Shown: positions 9,971-18,803 of the stretch, in pieces
Numbering within the stretch: the stretch's first letter is position 1
Layout: every line of letters begins with the position of its first letter
From: Candidatus Latescibacterota bacterium
Lineage (GTDB): Bacteria > Latescibacterota > UBA2968 > UBA8231
Reading direction: 5' to 3'
Length of the DNA: 64,000 nt
Assembly (NCBI GenBank): GCA_965200315.1
Contig: OZ241362.1
Span: 160,001-224,000, forward strand
Made by a program: the position numbers and the translations under genes
The notes under the pieces: model-generated
What the model saw: the letters and a program-made list of their open reading frames with translations, nothing else
Told to the model about the DNA's origin: nothing
Databases searched by the model: none

Positions 9971-12175
9971 GTGATCCCCAAGCCATATAAGCGCGGAATC
10001 ACGCCGCGCGCCCGCGCCCTCGACTGGCTGGCTGAGCGCTTCATCTCCTTTGGCGGCATCGGCATTGTCGCCGCCGTCTTGGGGATATTCGTCTTCGTCT
10101 TCGCCGAGGCTTGGCCCCTATTCCGCGCCCCGCAGCTACGACCAGCAAAGGCGCAACAAGTGGTCGGCCCATTCGCCATTGGGCTCGATCCCTATTACCA
10201 GACCGCGTATGCAGTCGGCCCCCAAGGGGTGGATTTGTTGCGGTTGGACGATGGCCAAGTCATCCGCCGCGAACTGCCAGCCGAGTTGACGAGCCGCAAG
10301 GTAACGGCCGCACAGCGGATGCCAAACGACGTTCTGGCACTGGGCACGGACGACGGTCATTTGCTAGTGGCGCGGATTCGTTTCCAACTCGATTACAGCA
10401 GCGGCCAGCGGCAGGTGGTGCCGCAGTTTGCGGTTGAGCGCCTCATCGCGGTCGATCCGGCGGGCGAGCCACTGGTACAGGTGGGCTTTCGACAAGGGGA
10501 CGACGGCCGCTCGGTCGCAGCGGCGATTACGGCGAGTGGCCGCTTGGTGGTGATGGTGGCTGAGCAGCAGCAGGGCCTATTGGGGCCGGGCGAGCGCCGA
10601 GAAAGGCAGTACGAGCTAACGGCCGCTTTCGACGGCAAGGCCACGCAGGTACTGCTCGACGGCCGCATTCGCCAGTTGCTCGTGGGAACGGACCAGGGGC
10701 AGGTGTACGAGTGGAGGCTGGGCGCAGTGGAGCAAGCACCTGCGTTTGTGGGGCACATTGCGGTCTCAGAGGTCGCGGTTTCGGCGTTGGCGTACGCGCT
10801 GGGCGAGGTTTCTCTGGTCGTCGGCGACGCGGCCGGCCGCGTCAGCACTTGGTTTAAGGTCGAGGAAAGTGGGCAGCGCTCGTATCGCAAAATTCACGCC
10901 TTTGTTCCCCATGAGTCAGCCGTTACCCACATTGCCGCTTCAGAGCGCGACAAGCAGTTTCTCACGACCGACGCTGAGGGCACCATCGCCCTGCACCACC
11001 TAACCTCCGAACAGACGCCCTTCCAACTGAGAGGCGACTCCCCGGCGACCGCGTTGGTCTTCGCGCCCAAGGCCGACGGATTTTTGGCTCTCGGCCAAGA
11101 CGGGTGGTTGCGGCGCTTTGCCCTCGACCACCCCCATCCCGAAATCAGCGCAGCCGTGCTGTTTGGCTCCATCTGGTACGAGGGCTACGGGGGCCGCGAA
11201 TACGTGTGGCAATCTACGGGCGGCACGGATGAGTTCGAGCCGAAGCTCAGCTTGGTGCCGCTGATTTTGGGCACGGCCAAGGGTACGCTCTACGCCCTGC
11301 TCTTTGCCTTGCCGTTGGCCGTTTTAGCCGCGATTTACACGGCCGAATTTGCCTCGCCGCGCGTACAGGGATTGGTCAAGCCGTCTGTGGAAGTCATGGC
11401 CTCGTTGCCGAGCGTCATCTTGGGCTTTCTCGCTGGCTTGTGGCTGGCCCCACTGCTCGAATCGCATTTGTTGGGGACCTTGCTGCTGCTGCCGGCGGTG
11501 CCAGCCGTGGTTATAGCTGCGGCTTGGGGCTGGCAATACGCTCCAGAGGCTTGGGTGCGCCAAGTGGCGCGGGTGGGGGAGATATACTTGCTCGGTGCGG
11601 TGACCCTGCTGGTCGCTGGGTTGGCGTACGCGCTGGGGCCGGTCTTTGAAGACTTGGCTTTTGAGGGGCACTTCTTGCGCTGGCTGCGGCAAGACGCGGG
11701 CGTTGGCTACGACCAGCGCAATTGCTTGGTCGTGGGGTTTGCCATGGGTTTTGCGGTCGTTCCGCTGGTCTTCACTATCTGCGAGGACGCGCTCTCCAGC
11801 GTGCCCAGCCACTTGCGCGCCGGCTCGCTGGCCTTGGGAGCCACGCCTTGGCAGACAGCGATCAAAGTGGTGTTGCCCATGGCCCTGCCGGGCATTTTCT
11901 CGGCGTCCATGATCGGCCTTGGCCGCGCCATCGGGGAAACCATGATCGTGCTGATGGCCACGGGCAATACCCCGATCATAGATTGGAATATCTTCAACGG
12001 CATGCGTACCATCTCGGCCAATATCGCCGTGGAGTTACCAGAAGCGCCACACCAAGGTACGCTCTACCGAGTGCTTTTCCTTAGTGGCTTGCTGCTGTTT
12101 ATCGCTACCTTCTTTATCAACTCGTTGGCCGAGATCGTGCGCCAACGCTTGCGGGATAAGTACAATCGGCTGTGA
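9971..12175 (+). CDS. pstC: phosphate ABC transporter permease with large beta-propeller-like extracytoplasmic domain
   Basis: MASLPSVILG, ALGATPWQT, GRAIGETMIVLMATGN. Confidence 0.93.
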   Translation: MIPKPYKRGITPRARALDWLAERFISFGGIGIVAAVLGIFVFVFAEAWPLFRAPQLRPAKAQQVVGPFAIGLDPYYQTAYAVGPQGVDLLRLDDGQVIRRELPAELTSRKVTAAQRMPNDVLALGTDDGHLLVARIRFQLDYSSGQRQVVPQFAVERLIAVDPAGEPLVQVGFRQGDDGRSVAAAITASGRLVVMVAEQQQGLLGPGERRERQYELTAAFDGKATQVLLDGRIRQLLVGTDQGQVYEWRLGAVEQAPAFVGHIAVSEVAVSALAYALGEVSLVVGDAAGRVSTWFKVEESGQRSYRKIHAFVPHESAVTHIAASERDKQFLTTDAEGTIALHHLTSEQTPFQLRGDSPATALVFAPKADGFLALGQDGWLRRFALDHPHPEISAAVLFGSIWYEGYGGREYVWQSTGGTDEFEPKLSLVPLILGTAKGTLYALLFALPLAVLAAIYTAEFASPRVQGLVKPSVEVMASLPSVILGFLAGLWLAPLLESHLLGTLLLLPAVPAVVIAAAWGWQYAPEAWVRQVARVGEIYLLGAVTLLVAGLAYALGPVFEDLAFEGHFLRWLRQDAGVGYDQRNCLVVGFAMGFAVVPLVFTICEDALSSVPSHLRAGSLALGATPWQTAIKVVLPMALPGIFSASMIGLGRAIGETMIVLMATGNTPIIDWNIFNGMRTISANIAVELPEAPHQGTLYRVLFLSGLLLFIATFFINSLAEIVRQRLRDKYNRL

Positions 12176-13767
12176 TGAGATTCTGGCAGCGGGGCGACCC
12201 TTTTATCTGGCTTACGGGCGGAGCACTGGCCCTGTGTTTGGCGATGATCGCCGGTTTGGTGGGGATCATTGTCTATCACGGCGCGGGCGTGTTCTGGCCG
12301 CAGGATCTGACCCTGTTGCGCCTCAAAGGCGGTCCGCCGGTCATGGGCAAGCTGATGGATCGCCAGCCCATTCCCGGGGCCGCCGGGCACTATCGGGTGC
12401 AGCTAAAGGTCGGCAACCGCGACGCGTATGGCCAAGACTTTCGCTGGGTGGATGAAGACGCGATTGCCGAGCGCGAAACGCCGCCCGCGGCCGTGGTCTT
12501 CGAGCGAGTCGAGTGGGGCGATATGCACGGCTTTATCGCAGCTTTGTACGAGGAGGAGCGGCTGCTGGCAAAAGGAGAGGGAGTCTGGGAAGTCTTACAA
12601 GAGTTGCTGGACCAGGCCGGCGAACTCGACGAGCGCATCCACGCGCTGGAACGCGGCGAACTGGGCAAGCTCAACCGCGCAATAGATGACTTGCGCCTGC
12701 AAGAGCGGCGCCTGCAGCGCGAGAAAAACGACTCGCAACTCGCTGCAAACGAGGTGCGTCGCCAGGCCCTGTGGGACGAGCACGAGGTCCTGTCGGGGCG
12801 CTTGGACGAGCTACGGGCGCAACAGGAACGCTGGGAGGTGGAAGTCGTCCTCGCCGGGGGTGAAACGCGCCGCGTCTCTGTAGCGGCCATCGTCCGCGCC
12901 TATCGCCCCAATTTGATGGGCTTTTGGGCCAAAGTACAAACCTATCTGTCCAAGGGCTGGGAATTTGTGGCAGGCGAGCCGCGCGAATCCAACACTGAGG
13001 GCGGCATATTCCCCGCGCTCTTTGGCACGGTGATGATGGTGATGTTGATGAGCTTGGCAGCCGTGCCCTTTGGGGTCTTGGCGGCACTCTATCTGCGCGA
13101 GTACGCCCGACAGGGCCTTTTGGTGCGCCTCGTGCGGATTGCGGTCAACAACTTGGCGGGCGTGCCTTCCATTGTCTTTGGCATGTTCGGGTTGGGCTTC
13201 TTCGTGTACGGCATCGGCGGCAGCATTGACCAGCTCTTTTACGCGGATGCCCTGCCGACGCCCACCTATGGCACCGGTGGCATCCTCTGGGCCTCGCTGA
13301 CCCTCGCCCTGCTAACGGTGCCGGTCGTCATCGTTGCCACGGAGGAGAGCTTGGCAGCCGTACCCCGCGAGATGCGCGAAGGCGCGCTGGCTTTGGGGGC
13401 GACCAAATTTCAGATGATTTGGAGCGTGGTGCTGCCCAGTGCGCTGCCGGGCATTCTCACGGGCGTCATCTTGGCCACGGCGCGCGGGGCCGGCGAGGTT
13501 GCGCCGCTGATGATCACGGGCGTCGTCAAGCTGGCGCCGGACCTACCGCTCGATGCGTTCGCGCCGTTTTTTCACCTAGAGCGCAAGTTTATGCACTTGG
13601 GCTTCCACATCTACGACGTGGGCTTCCAGTCGCCCAATGTGGAGGCGGCCCGGCCCATGGTGTACACCACGGCTCTGATGCTGTTGGCCATTGTCCTGCT
13701 CCTGAACTTGACGGCGATTGTCGTCCGCAACAAATTGCGCAGGAAGTACGCCACGGCGGCCTTTTAG
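12172..13767 (+). CDS. pstA: phosphate ABC transporter permease with coiled-coil insertion
   Basis: [35 protein letters not shown]. Confidence 0.93.
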   Translation: MMRFWQRGDPFIWLTGGALALCLAMIAGLVGIIVYHGAGVFWPQDLTLLRLKGGPPVMGKLMDRQPIPGAAGHYRVQLKVGNRDAYGQDFRWVDEDAIAERETPPAAVVFERVEWGDMHGFIAALYEEERLLAKGEGVWEVLQELLDQAGELDERIHALERGELGKLNRAIDDLRLQERRLQREKNDSQLAANEVRRQALWDEHEVLSGRLDELRAQQERWEVEVVLAGGETRRVSVAAIVRAYRPNLMGFWAKVQTYLSKGWEFVAGEPRESNTEGGIFPALFGTVMMVMLMSLAAVPFGVLAALYLREYARQGLLVRLVRIAVNNLAGVPSIVFGMFGLGFFVYGIGGSIDQLFYADALPTPTYGTGGILWASLTLALLTVPVVIVATEESLAAVPREMREGALALGATKFQMIWSVVLPSALPGILTGVILATARGAGEVAPLMITGVVKLAPDLPLDAFAPFFHLERKFMHLGFHIYDVGFQSPNVEAARPMVYTTALMLLAIVLLLNLTAIVVRNKLRRKYATAAF

Positions 13768-13775
13768 GAGATGCC

Positions 13776-14558
13776 ATGAGCCAGCCCTTAGCCTCGGACC
13801 ATGCAAATCCCATCGTCGAGGTGGAAAATCTGAACATGTTCTACGGAGAGACTCAGGCCCTGCACGACATTGACCTGAGCATTCCCGAGCGTGAGGTGAC
13901 TGCGTTTATCGGGCCTTCGGGCTGCGGCAAATCGACGCTCTTGCGCTGCTTCAATCGCCTCAACGATCTGATCGAATCCGCGCGCATTGAAGGCGAGGTG
14001 CGGGTCAGTGGCCGCGACATTTATGCTCCTGATTGCGATGTGATCGACTTGCGGCGGCGGGTGGGTATGGTGTTCCAAAAGTCCAATCCCTTCCCCAAGT
14101 CCATCTACGAAAACGTGGCCTACGGCCTGCGGATCGCCGGGGAAAACCGCCGTTGGGTACTCGACGAGGCCGTGGAGAAGAGCCTGAAGGCCGCCGCGCT
14201 GTGGGACGAGGTCAAGGACCGGCTCAAGGACAACGCGCTGAGCCTGTCCGGCGGCCAGCAGCAGCGGCTGTGTATTGCGCGCACTCTCGCCGTCGAGCCG
14301 GAGGTGGTATTGATGGACGAGCCTTGCTCGGCGCTGGACCCGATTGCCACTGCGCGGGTCGAGGAGACGATCACCGAACTGAAGTCCGATTACACCATCA
14401 TCGTCGTCACGCACAATCTGCAACAGGCAGCGCGGATTTCGACCTATACGGCCTTCTACTATCTAGGCTATTTGATCGAATTCAGCCAGACCGAAGACAT
14501 GTTCACCAATCCCCGCAGCAAACAGACCGAAGACTACGTAACCGGCCGCTTCGGCTGA
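13776..14558 (+). CDS. pstB: phosphate ABC transporter ATPase
   Basis: [34 protein letters not shown]; AGGAG RBS before ATG 13776. Confidence 0.97.
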   Translation: MSQPLASDHANPIVEVENLNMFYGETQALHDIDLSIPEREVTAFIGPSGCGKSTLLRCFNRLNDLIESARIEGEVRVSGRDIYAPDCDVIDLRRRVGMVFQKSNPFPKSIYENVAYGLRIAGENRRWVLDEAVEKSLKAAALWDEVKDRLKDNALSLSGGQQQRLCIARTLAVEPEVVLMDEPCSALDPIATARVEETITELKSDYTIIVVTHNLQQAARISTYTAFYYLGYLIEFSQTEDMFTNPRSKQTEDYVTGRFG

Positions 14559-14572
14559 GGTAGGAAGGGGCC

Positions 14573-15262
14573 ATGGAACGAAGATTCGACCAGCGATTAG
14601 ACGAGCTCAAACAGGACTTATTAAAAATGAGCGGGGCCGTCGAGGAGTCCATTGGGCAGGCTGTGCGCGCTCTCGTGGACCGCGACGACGAGCTAGTGCA
14701 AGTAGTGATTGAGGGGGGGAAGAAGATAGACGATTGGGAGATCGTCGTTGAAGAGACCTGCCTGAAGGTGTTTGCGACCCAAGGGCCGATGGCCAGCGAC
14801 CTGCGGCTGTTGGCCTGCATCCTGAAAATCAATGAAGATCTAGAGCGGATCAACGACCAAGCCGTCAACATCGCCCAGCGCGCCGAAGTGCTCAATAAGC
14901 TCCCGCTGCTCAAGCCGCTGATCGATATACCGCGAATGTCCGAATTGGCCCAAGGCATGGTCAAGGATGCCCTTGATGCGTTCGTGCGCCGCGACGTGGA
15001 CTTGGCGCGCGACGTTGGTCAGCGCGACGAAGAGCTCGACCTGTTGCGCGATCAGATTTTTCGCGAGCTACTCACGTACATGCACGCGCCGGCAATTGGG
15101 CCGGATACCATCGACCGCGGCATCTACCTGATCTTGGTGTCGCGGCACCTCGAAAGAATCGGCGACCATGCCTCCAACATCGCCGAGAACGTGGTGTTCC
15201 TCGTCGAAGGGCGCATCGTGCGGCATCAAAAAGAGAGTTGGTGGGAGGAAAAAGACTCATGA
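14573..15262 (+). CDS. phoU: phosphate signalling complex protein PhoU
   Basis: PMASDLR, DLERIND, LERIGDHASNIAE repeats. Confidence 0.96.
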   Translation: MERRFDQRLDELKQDLLKMSGAVEESIGQAVRALVDRDDELVQVVIEGGKKIDDWEIVVEETCLKVFATQGPMASDLRLLACILKINEDLERINDQAVNIAQRAEVLNKLPLLKPLIDIPRMSELAQGMVKDALDAFVRRDVDLARDVGQRDEELDLLRDQIFRELLTYMHAPAIGPDTIDRGIYLILVSRHLERIGDHASNIAENVVFLVEGRIVRHQKESWWEEKDS

Positions 15263-15951
15263 GCGACAAAATCCTAGTCGTTGAGGACGAACCCGACATT
15301 CTCTCCTTGGTCTCGTACCATCTAGAACAGTCCGGCTTTGCCGTCGTGCCGGCCGAGGACGAAGAGCAGGCCCTAAGCGCGATGGAGCAAAATCTGGTCT
15401 GCCTCGTGGTCTTGGATCTGATGCTGCCGGGCATCGGCGGCTTAGAGGTCTGCCGCCTCCTCAAGCAAGATCCTCGCACCAAGGACATACCGGTCTTGAT
15501 GCTGACGGCGCGCGCCGGGGAGATCGACCGCATCGTCGGCTTGGAATTGGGCGCGGACGATTACTTGGTCAAGCCCTTTTCCCCGCGCGAGCTCGTCTTG
15601 CGCATCCGCGCCATATTGCGCCGCGTCGAGGGCCGCGGCCAAGCGGAAGCCGTGCGGATCGTGGCTGGCCCCTTGGCCATTGATCCGGTGGGATGTCAGG
15701 TGCAACTCGACAGCGATCCCATCGAACTGACGGCGACCGAGTTCAAGCTCTTGACGACCCTTGCCCAGCGGCGCGGGCGGGTGCAGTCGCGGGAAGAGTT
15801 GCTCAAGGTGGTGTGGGGCTACGAGTACATTGGCTATCACCGCACGGTTGACACGCACATCCGCCGCCTGCGCGAAAAGCTCGGGGCGGCCGCCGAAATG
15901 GTCGAAACCGTGCGCGGCATGGGCTATCGCTTTCGCCGAGAGGGTCGCTAG
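15259..15951 (+). CDS. phoB: OmpR/PhoB-family response regulator
   Basis: VEDE, LDLMLP, GADDYLVKPFSPREL, RTVDTHIRRLR; position in the pho operon. Confidence 0.9.
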   Translation: MSDKILVVEDEPDILSLVSYHLEQSGFAVVPAEDEEQALSAMEQNLVCLVVLDLMLPGIGGLEVCRLLKQDPRTKDIPVLMLTARAGEIDRIVGLELGADDYLVKPFSPRELVLRIRAILRRVEGRGQAEAVRIVAGPLAIDPVGCQVQLDSDPIELTATEFKLLTTLAQRRGRVQSREELLKVVWGYEYIGYHRTVDTHIRRLREKLGAAAEMVETVRGMGYRFRREGR

Positions 15952-15952
15952 G

Positions 15953-17263
15953 ATGCGCCGCGGGTGGATGTTGCTCCTAAGCAACGCGCTCTTGGTCGTG
16001 CTTGTTTGGTGGAGTGGTCACATCGCCCTTGCGCTCGTGTTGGCCGCGCTCTGGGCTGGCGGCCAAGTCTGGTTCTGGGGCCGCACGGCTCAGCGGCAGG
16101 GAGAGCAGTTGCGCCAGCGCGACGAAGCGGCCCTTGGCGACCCGGCTTGGTTGGAGACGTTCCATCCCGAACTAGCGCGTGCCTTAGAGGACCTCGCCGG
16201 GCGGATTCAACAGCACGTCGATCAGCTAGAGAGCGAAAAAAACCGCTTAGAGGTCATCCTCGAAAGCATTACCGAGGCCATCTTGGTCGTCGATCGCGAT
16301 GGTCGAGTGGTGCTGGCCAACAAGGCGCTGGCCAACCTGTTTGACTTAGACCTGCCGCTAGAGGGGCTATTGACCGCCGAGGTCGTGCGTTACGCGGCCA
16401 TCCAAGAAGCGCTGACCGGGTGTTTGGCCGAAGGCCGAAGCCGAGCAATGGAAGTGGAACTGACCAGCGCGCCGGAGTGCCATTTGGACATGCAAGTCGC
16501 GCCGGTCCTCGAAGGGAACGAGTGCATCGGCGCGGTGGCGGTCCTCTACGATATTACGCGCTTGCGCCAACTAGAGAGAATGCGCCGCGACTTTGTGGCC
16601 AATGTGTCCCACGAGTTGTGTACGCCATTGACAGCCATTAAGGGCTATGCCGAGATTTTATCTGATGGCGCGCTCGACGACCGGGCGACGGCTCGCCGCT
16701 TCACTGGCATTATCGAGAATCACGCCGACCGCCTGACCCACTTGCTCGGCGACTTGCTCGATCTGTCGCGACTGGAGTCTGATCAACTCGAAGTCGAATT
16801 GGTTCCTTGCGAGCTAAAGCCCTTAGTCGATACGTCTGTTGGCTCGGTCAGCCAAGCAGCCGCGCAAAAGCAAATTGCCATTCACTGCGACATTCCGCCG
16901 TCTGTCAAGGTGATCTGCGACCCCAAATTGATCGAACACGCCCTCATCAACTTGCTCGATAACGCCGTCAAATACACGCCCGCAGAGGGGAAAGTCCGCG
17001 TTGGCACACGGCCTGTCGCAGGCGCCGATCGCCTGACGATTTACGTCGAAGATACGGGTATTGGCATCCCCTCCGAGGACTTGGGCCGGATCTTTGAGCG
17101 CTTCTACCGGGTTGACAAGGGGCGCTCGCGCACGCTCGGGGGCACGGGCTTGGGGTTGTCTATCGTGCGCCACATCGCCGAGGCCCACGGCGAGCAAGTG
17201 AGCGTACAGAGCAAGTTAGGGGCGGGGACGACCTTCAGTTTTGAACTGCAAAGCCGCGGTTAA
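15953..17263 (+). CDS. phoR: PAS-containing sensor histidine kinase
   Basis: N-terminal TM segments, PAS, DFVANVSHELCTPL, NLLDNAVKY, FERFYRVDKGRSR, GGTGLGL. Confidence 0.92.
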   Translation: MRRGWMLLLSNALLVVLVWWSGHIALALVLAALWAGGQVWFWGRTAQRQGEQLRQRDEAALGDPAWLETFHPELARALEDLAGRIQQHVDQLESEKNRLEVILESITEAILVVDRDGRVVLANKALANLFDLDLPLEGLLTAEVVRYAAIQEALTGCLAEGRSRAMEVELTSAPECHLDMQVAPVLEGNECIGAVAVLYDITRLRQLERMRRDFVANVSHELCTPLTAIKGYAEILSDGALDDRATARRFTGIIENHADRLTHLLGDLLDLSRLESDQLEVELVPCELKPLVDTSVGSVSQAAAQKQIAIHCDIPPSVKVICDPKLIEHALINLLDNAVKYTPAEGKVRVGTRPVAGADRLTIYVEDTGIGIPSEDLGRIFERFYRVDKGRSRTLGGTGLGLSIVRHIAEAHGEQVSVQSKLGAGTTFSFELQSRG

Positions 17264-17618
17264 GACCTGGGTGTTGGCGGCCTTGGCGGCTGGCTGCGCG
17301 GGCGAGAGCGATGACGTCCAAGGCGCGGTGGAACAGGGCAAGGCCCTCTTTATTCGCAATGGGTGTGCGGTGTGCCACGGCCCGGACGGTCGCGGCGATG
17401 GCCAGATCGCGGCGTCGCTTCGGCCGCCCCCGCGCGATTTCCGCGATCCCGCTGCCTACAAAAACGGCCACAGCCAAGCCGCTATCACCCGAACGATTCA
17501 GAAGGGAATGCCCGGTACTCCCATGCCGGGCTATGGACATCTCTCGGCGGAGGAACGCGCACAGATTGCCGCTTATATCCGCTCTTTACTAAAGAAAGAA
17601 AATGAAGACATACCTTAG
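17241..17618 (+). CDS. monoheme c-type cytochrome, probable lipoprotein (start uncertain)
   Basis: LAAGC lipobox, CAVCH heme motif, GTPMP axial Met. Confidence 0.85.
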   Translation: MNCKAAVKTWVLAALAAGCAGESDDVQGAVEQGKALFIRNGCAVCHGPDGRGDGQIAASLRPPPRDFRDPAAYKNGHSQAAITRTIQKGMPGTPMPGYGHLSAEERAQIAAYIRSLLKKENEDIP

Positions 17619-18696
17619 TTTGCTACCCACATTCGCACTGGTCCTGCTGTTTTTTGCCACTCCGAGTCCAGTTCACGCCCACAAGCTCAACACCAGTTAC
17701 ACGAATTTGACCGCCGAGGACGACGCGCTCAAAGTGCGTGTGCGCATGGACGATTTCGACCTCCTGAAAATTGGCATCGATCAAGACGGGGACGGCCTGT
17801 TGTTCTACGAAGAGATGGAGGCCGGCCTCGACGACATATTCGCCTTTGTCGAAAAGCAGATGCGCCTGCGAGCCAACGGCCAGCCACTCACCCTCATGCG
17901 CGACAGGGGGGACATTACCCCGGACAACAAGGGCAATACGTTTGCCAACTTGTACTTCAGTGCCGAGTTGGATGAGCCCGTCAACGAGTTGGAAGTCTGG
18001 ATCGGCTGGCCGGAGCGCTTTGGGGACGCGCACAAAAACTTGGCCAAAATCATGTTGCCCGGTCAGCCGCTCGTCCAAGCTGTGTTTTCGGCGGAGTCGC
18101 CGCAACAGACCTTTGCCGGAGAGAAGTCGCTGTGGGATCATCTATACGAGTTCACGGTGCTCGGAGTAGAGCACATTTTCCTCGGCTACGACCACGTCAT
18201 GTTTTTGCTGGCGCTGATCGTGGTGGGGGGGCGGCTGCTCAGTTTGGTCAAGGTAGTAACGGCCTTCACTGTTGCCCACAGCATCACCCTCTGTTTGGCG
18301 GCCCTCGAAATGGTCCGCCTGCCGAGCCAGTGGATAGAGGCTGGCATTGCCTTGAGCATCGTGTACGTCGCAGTGGAGAACTGCTGGCTCAAGCGCACGG
18401 AGCACCGCTGGATGATCACCTTTGCCTTTGGGCTGATACACGGGTTTGGCTTCGCCAATGTGCTGCGCGAGTTGGGGTTGCCCACGCGCGGGCTGGTTGC
18501 CTCGCTGTTTGCGTTCAACGCCGGCGTGGAAATCGGCCAAGTAGCCATTGTCGCGCTCGTCTTCCCCTTGATCGCTTGGCTTAGCCAACGGCCCTATCAG
18601 CGCACGGTCGTTTGGGTGGTGTCGGCCGTTATTGGGCTTTTTGGGTTGGGCTGGTTTGTCGAGCGGGTTTTGGGGCTGGAGTATATGCCGCTGTGA
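17602..18696 (+). CDS. HupE/UreJ-family membrane protein with N-terminal exported domain
   Basis: Signal peptide ending AH, GVEHIFLGYDH, TAFTVAHSITL, FGLIHGFGFA, FNAGVEIGQ. Confidence 0.9.
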   Translation: MKTYLSLLPTFALVLLFFATPSPVHAHKLNTSYTNLTAEDDALKVRVRMDDFDLLKIGIDQDGDGLLFYEEMEAGLDDIFAFVEKQMRLRANGQPLTLMRDRGDITPDNKGNTFANLYFSAELDEPVNELEVWIGWPERFGDAHKNLAKIMLPGQPLVQAVFSAESPQQTFAGEKSLWDHLYEFTVLGVEHIFLGYDHVMFLLALIVVGGRLLSLVKVVTAFTVAHSITLCLAALEMVRLPSQWIEAGIALSIVYVAVENCWLKRTEHRWMITFAFGLIHGFGFANVLRELGLPTRGLVASLFAFNAGVEIGQVAIVALVFPLIAWLSQRPYQRTVVWVVSAVIGLFGLGWFVERVLGLEYMPL

Positions 18697-18803
18697 GCGC
18701 GGGAAGTTGCTATTAGGATATCCTCTGCGGTAATTTGGCCTTTTTATGAGGCAGAACATGCAGTTTGTCTGATGGACTTCCGATATTGAAAGTTCCGGTA
18801 ATC

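Noticed and set aside
9971-13767. Oversized PstC and PstA as novel fusions
   Set aside because: Long PstC/PstA forms with these extra domains are already known from Pseudomonas/Vibrio-type pst operons
13419-13775. Extended N-terminus of PstB (likewise PhoR, aldolase, GT4 and TBDR in the ORF track)
   Set aside because: These extensions overlap upstream genes or spacers; downstream starts fit the family boundaries
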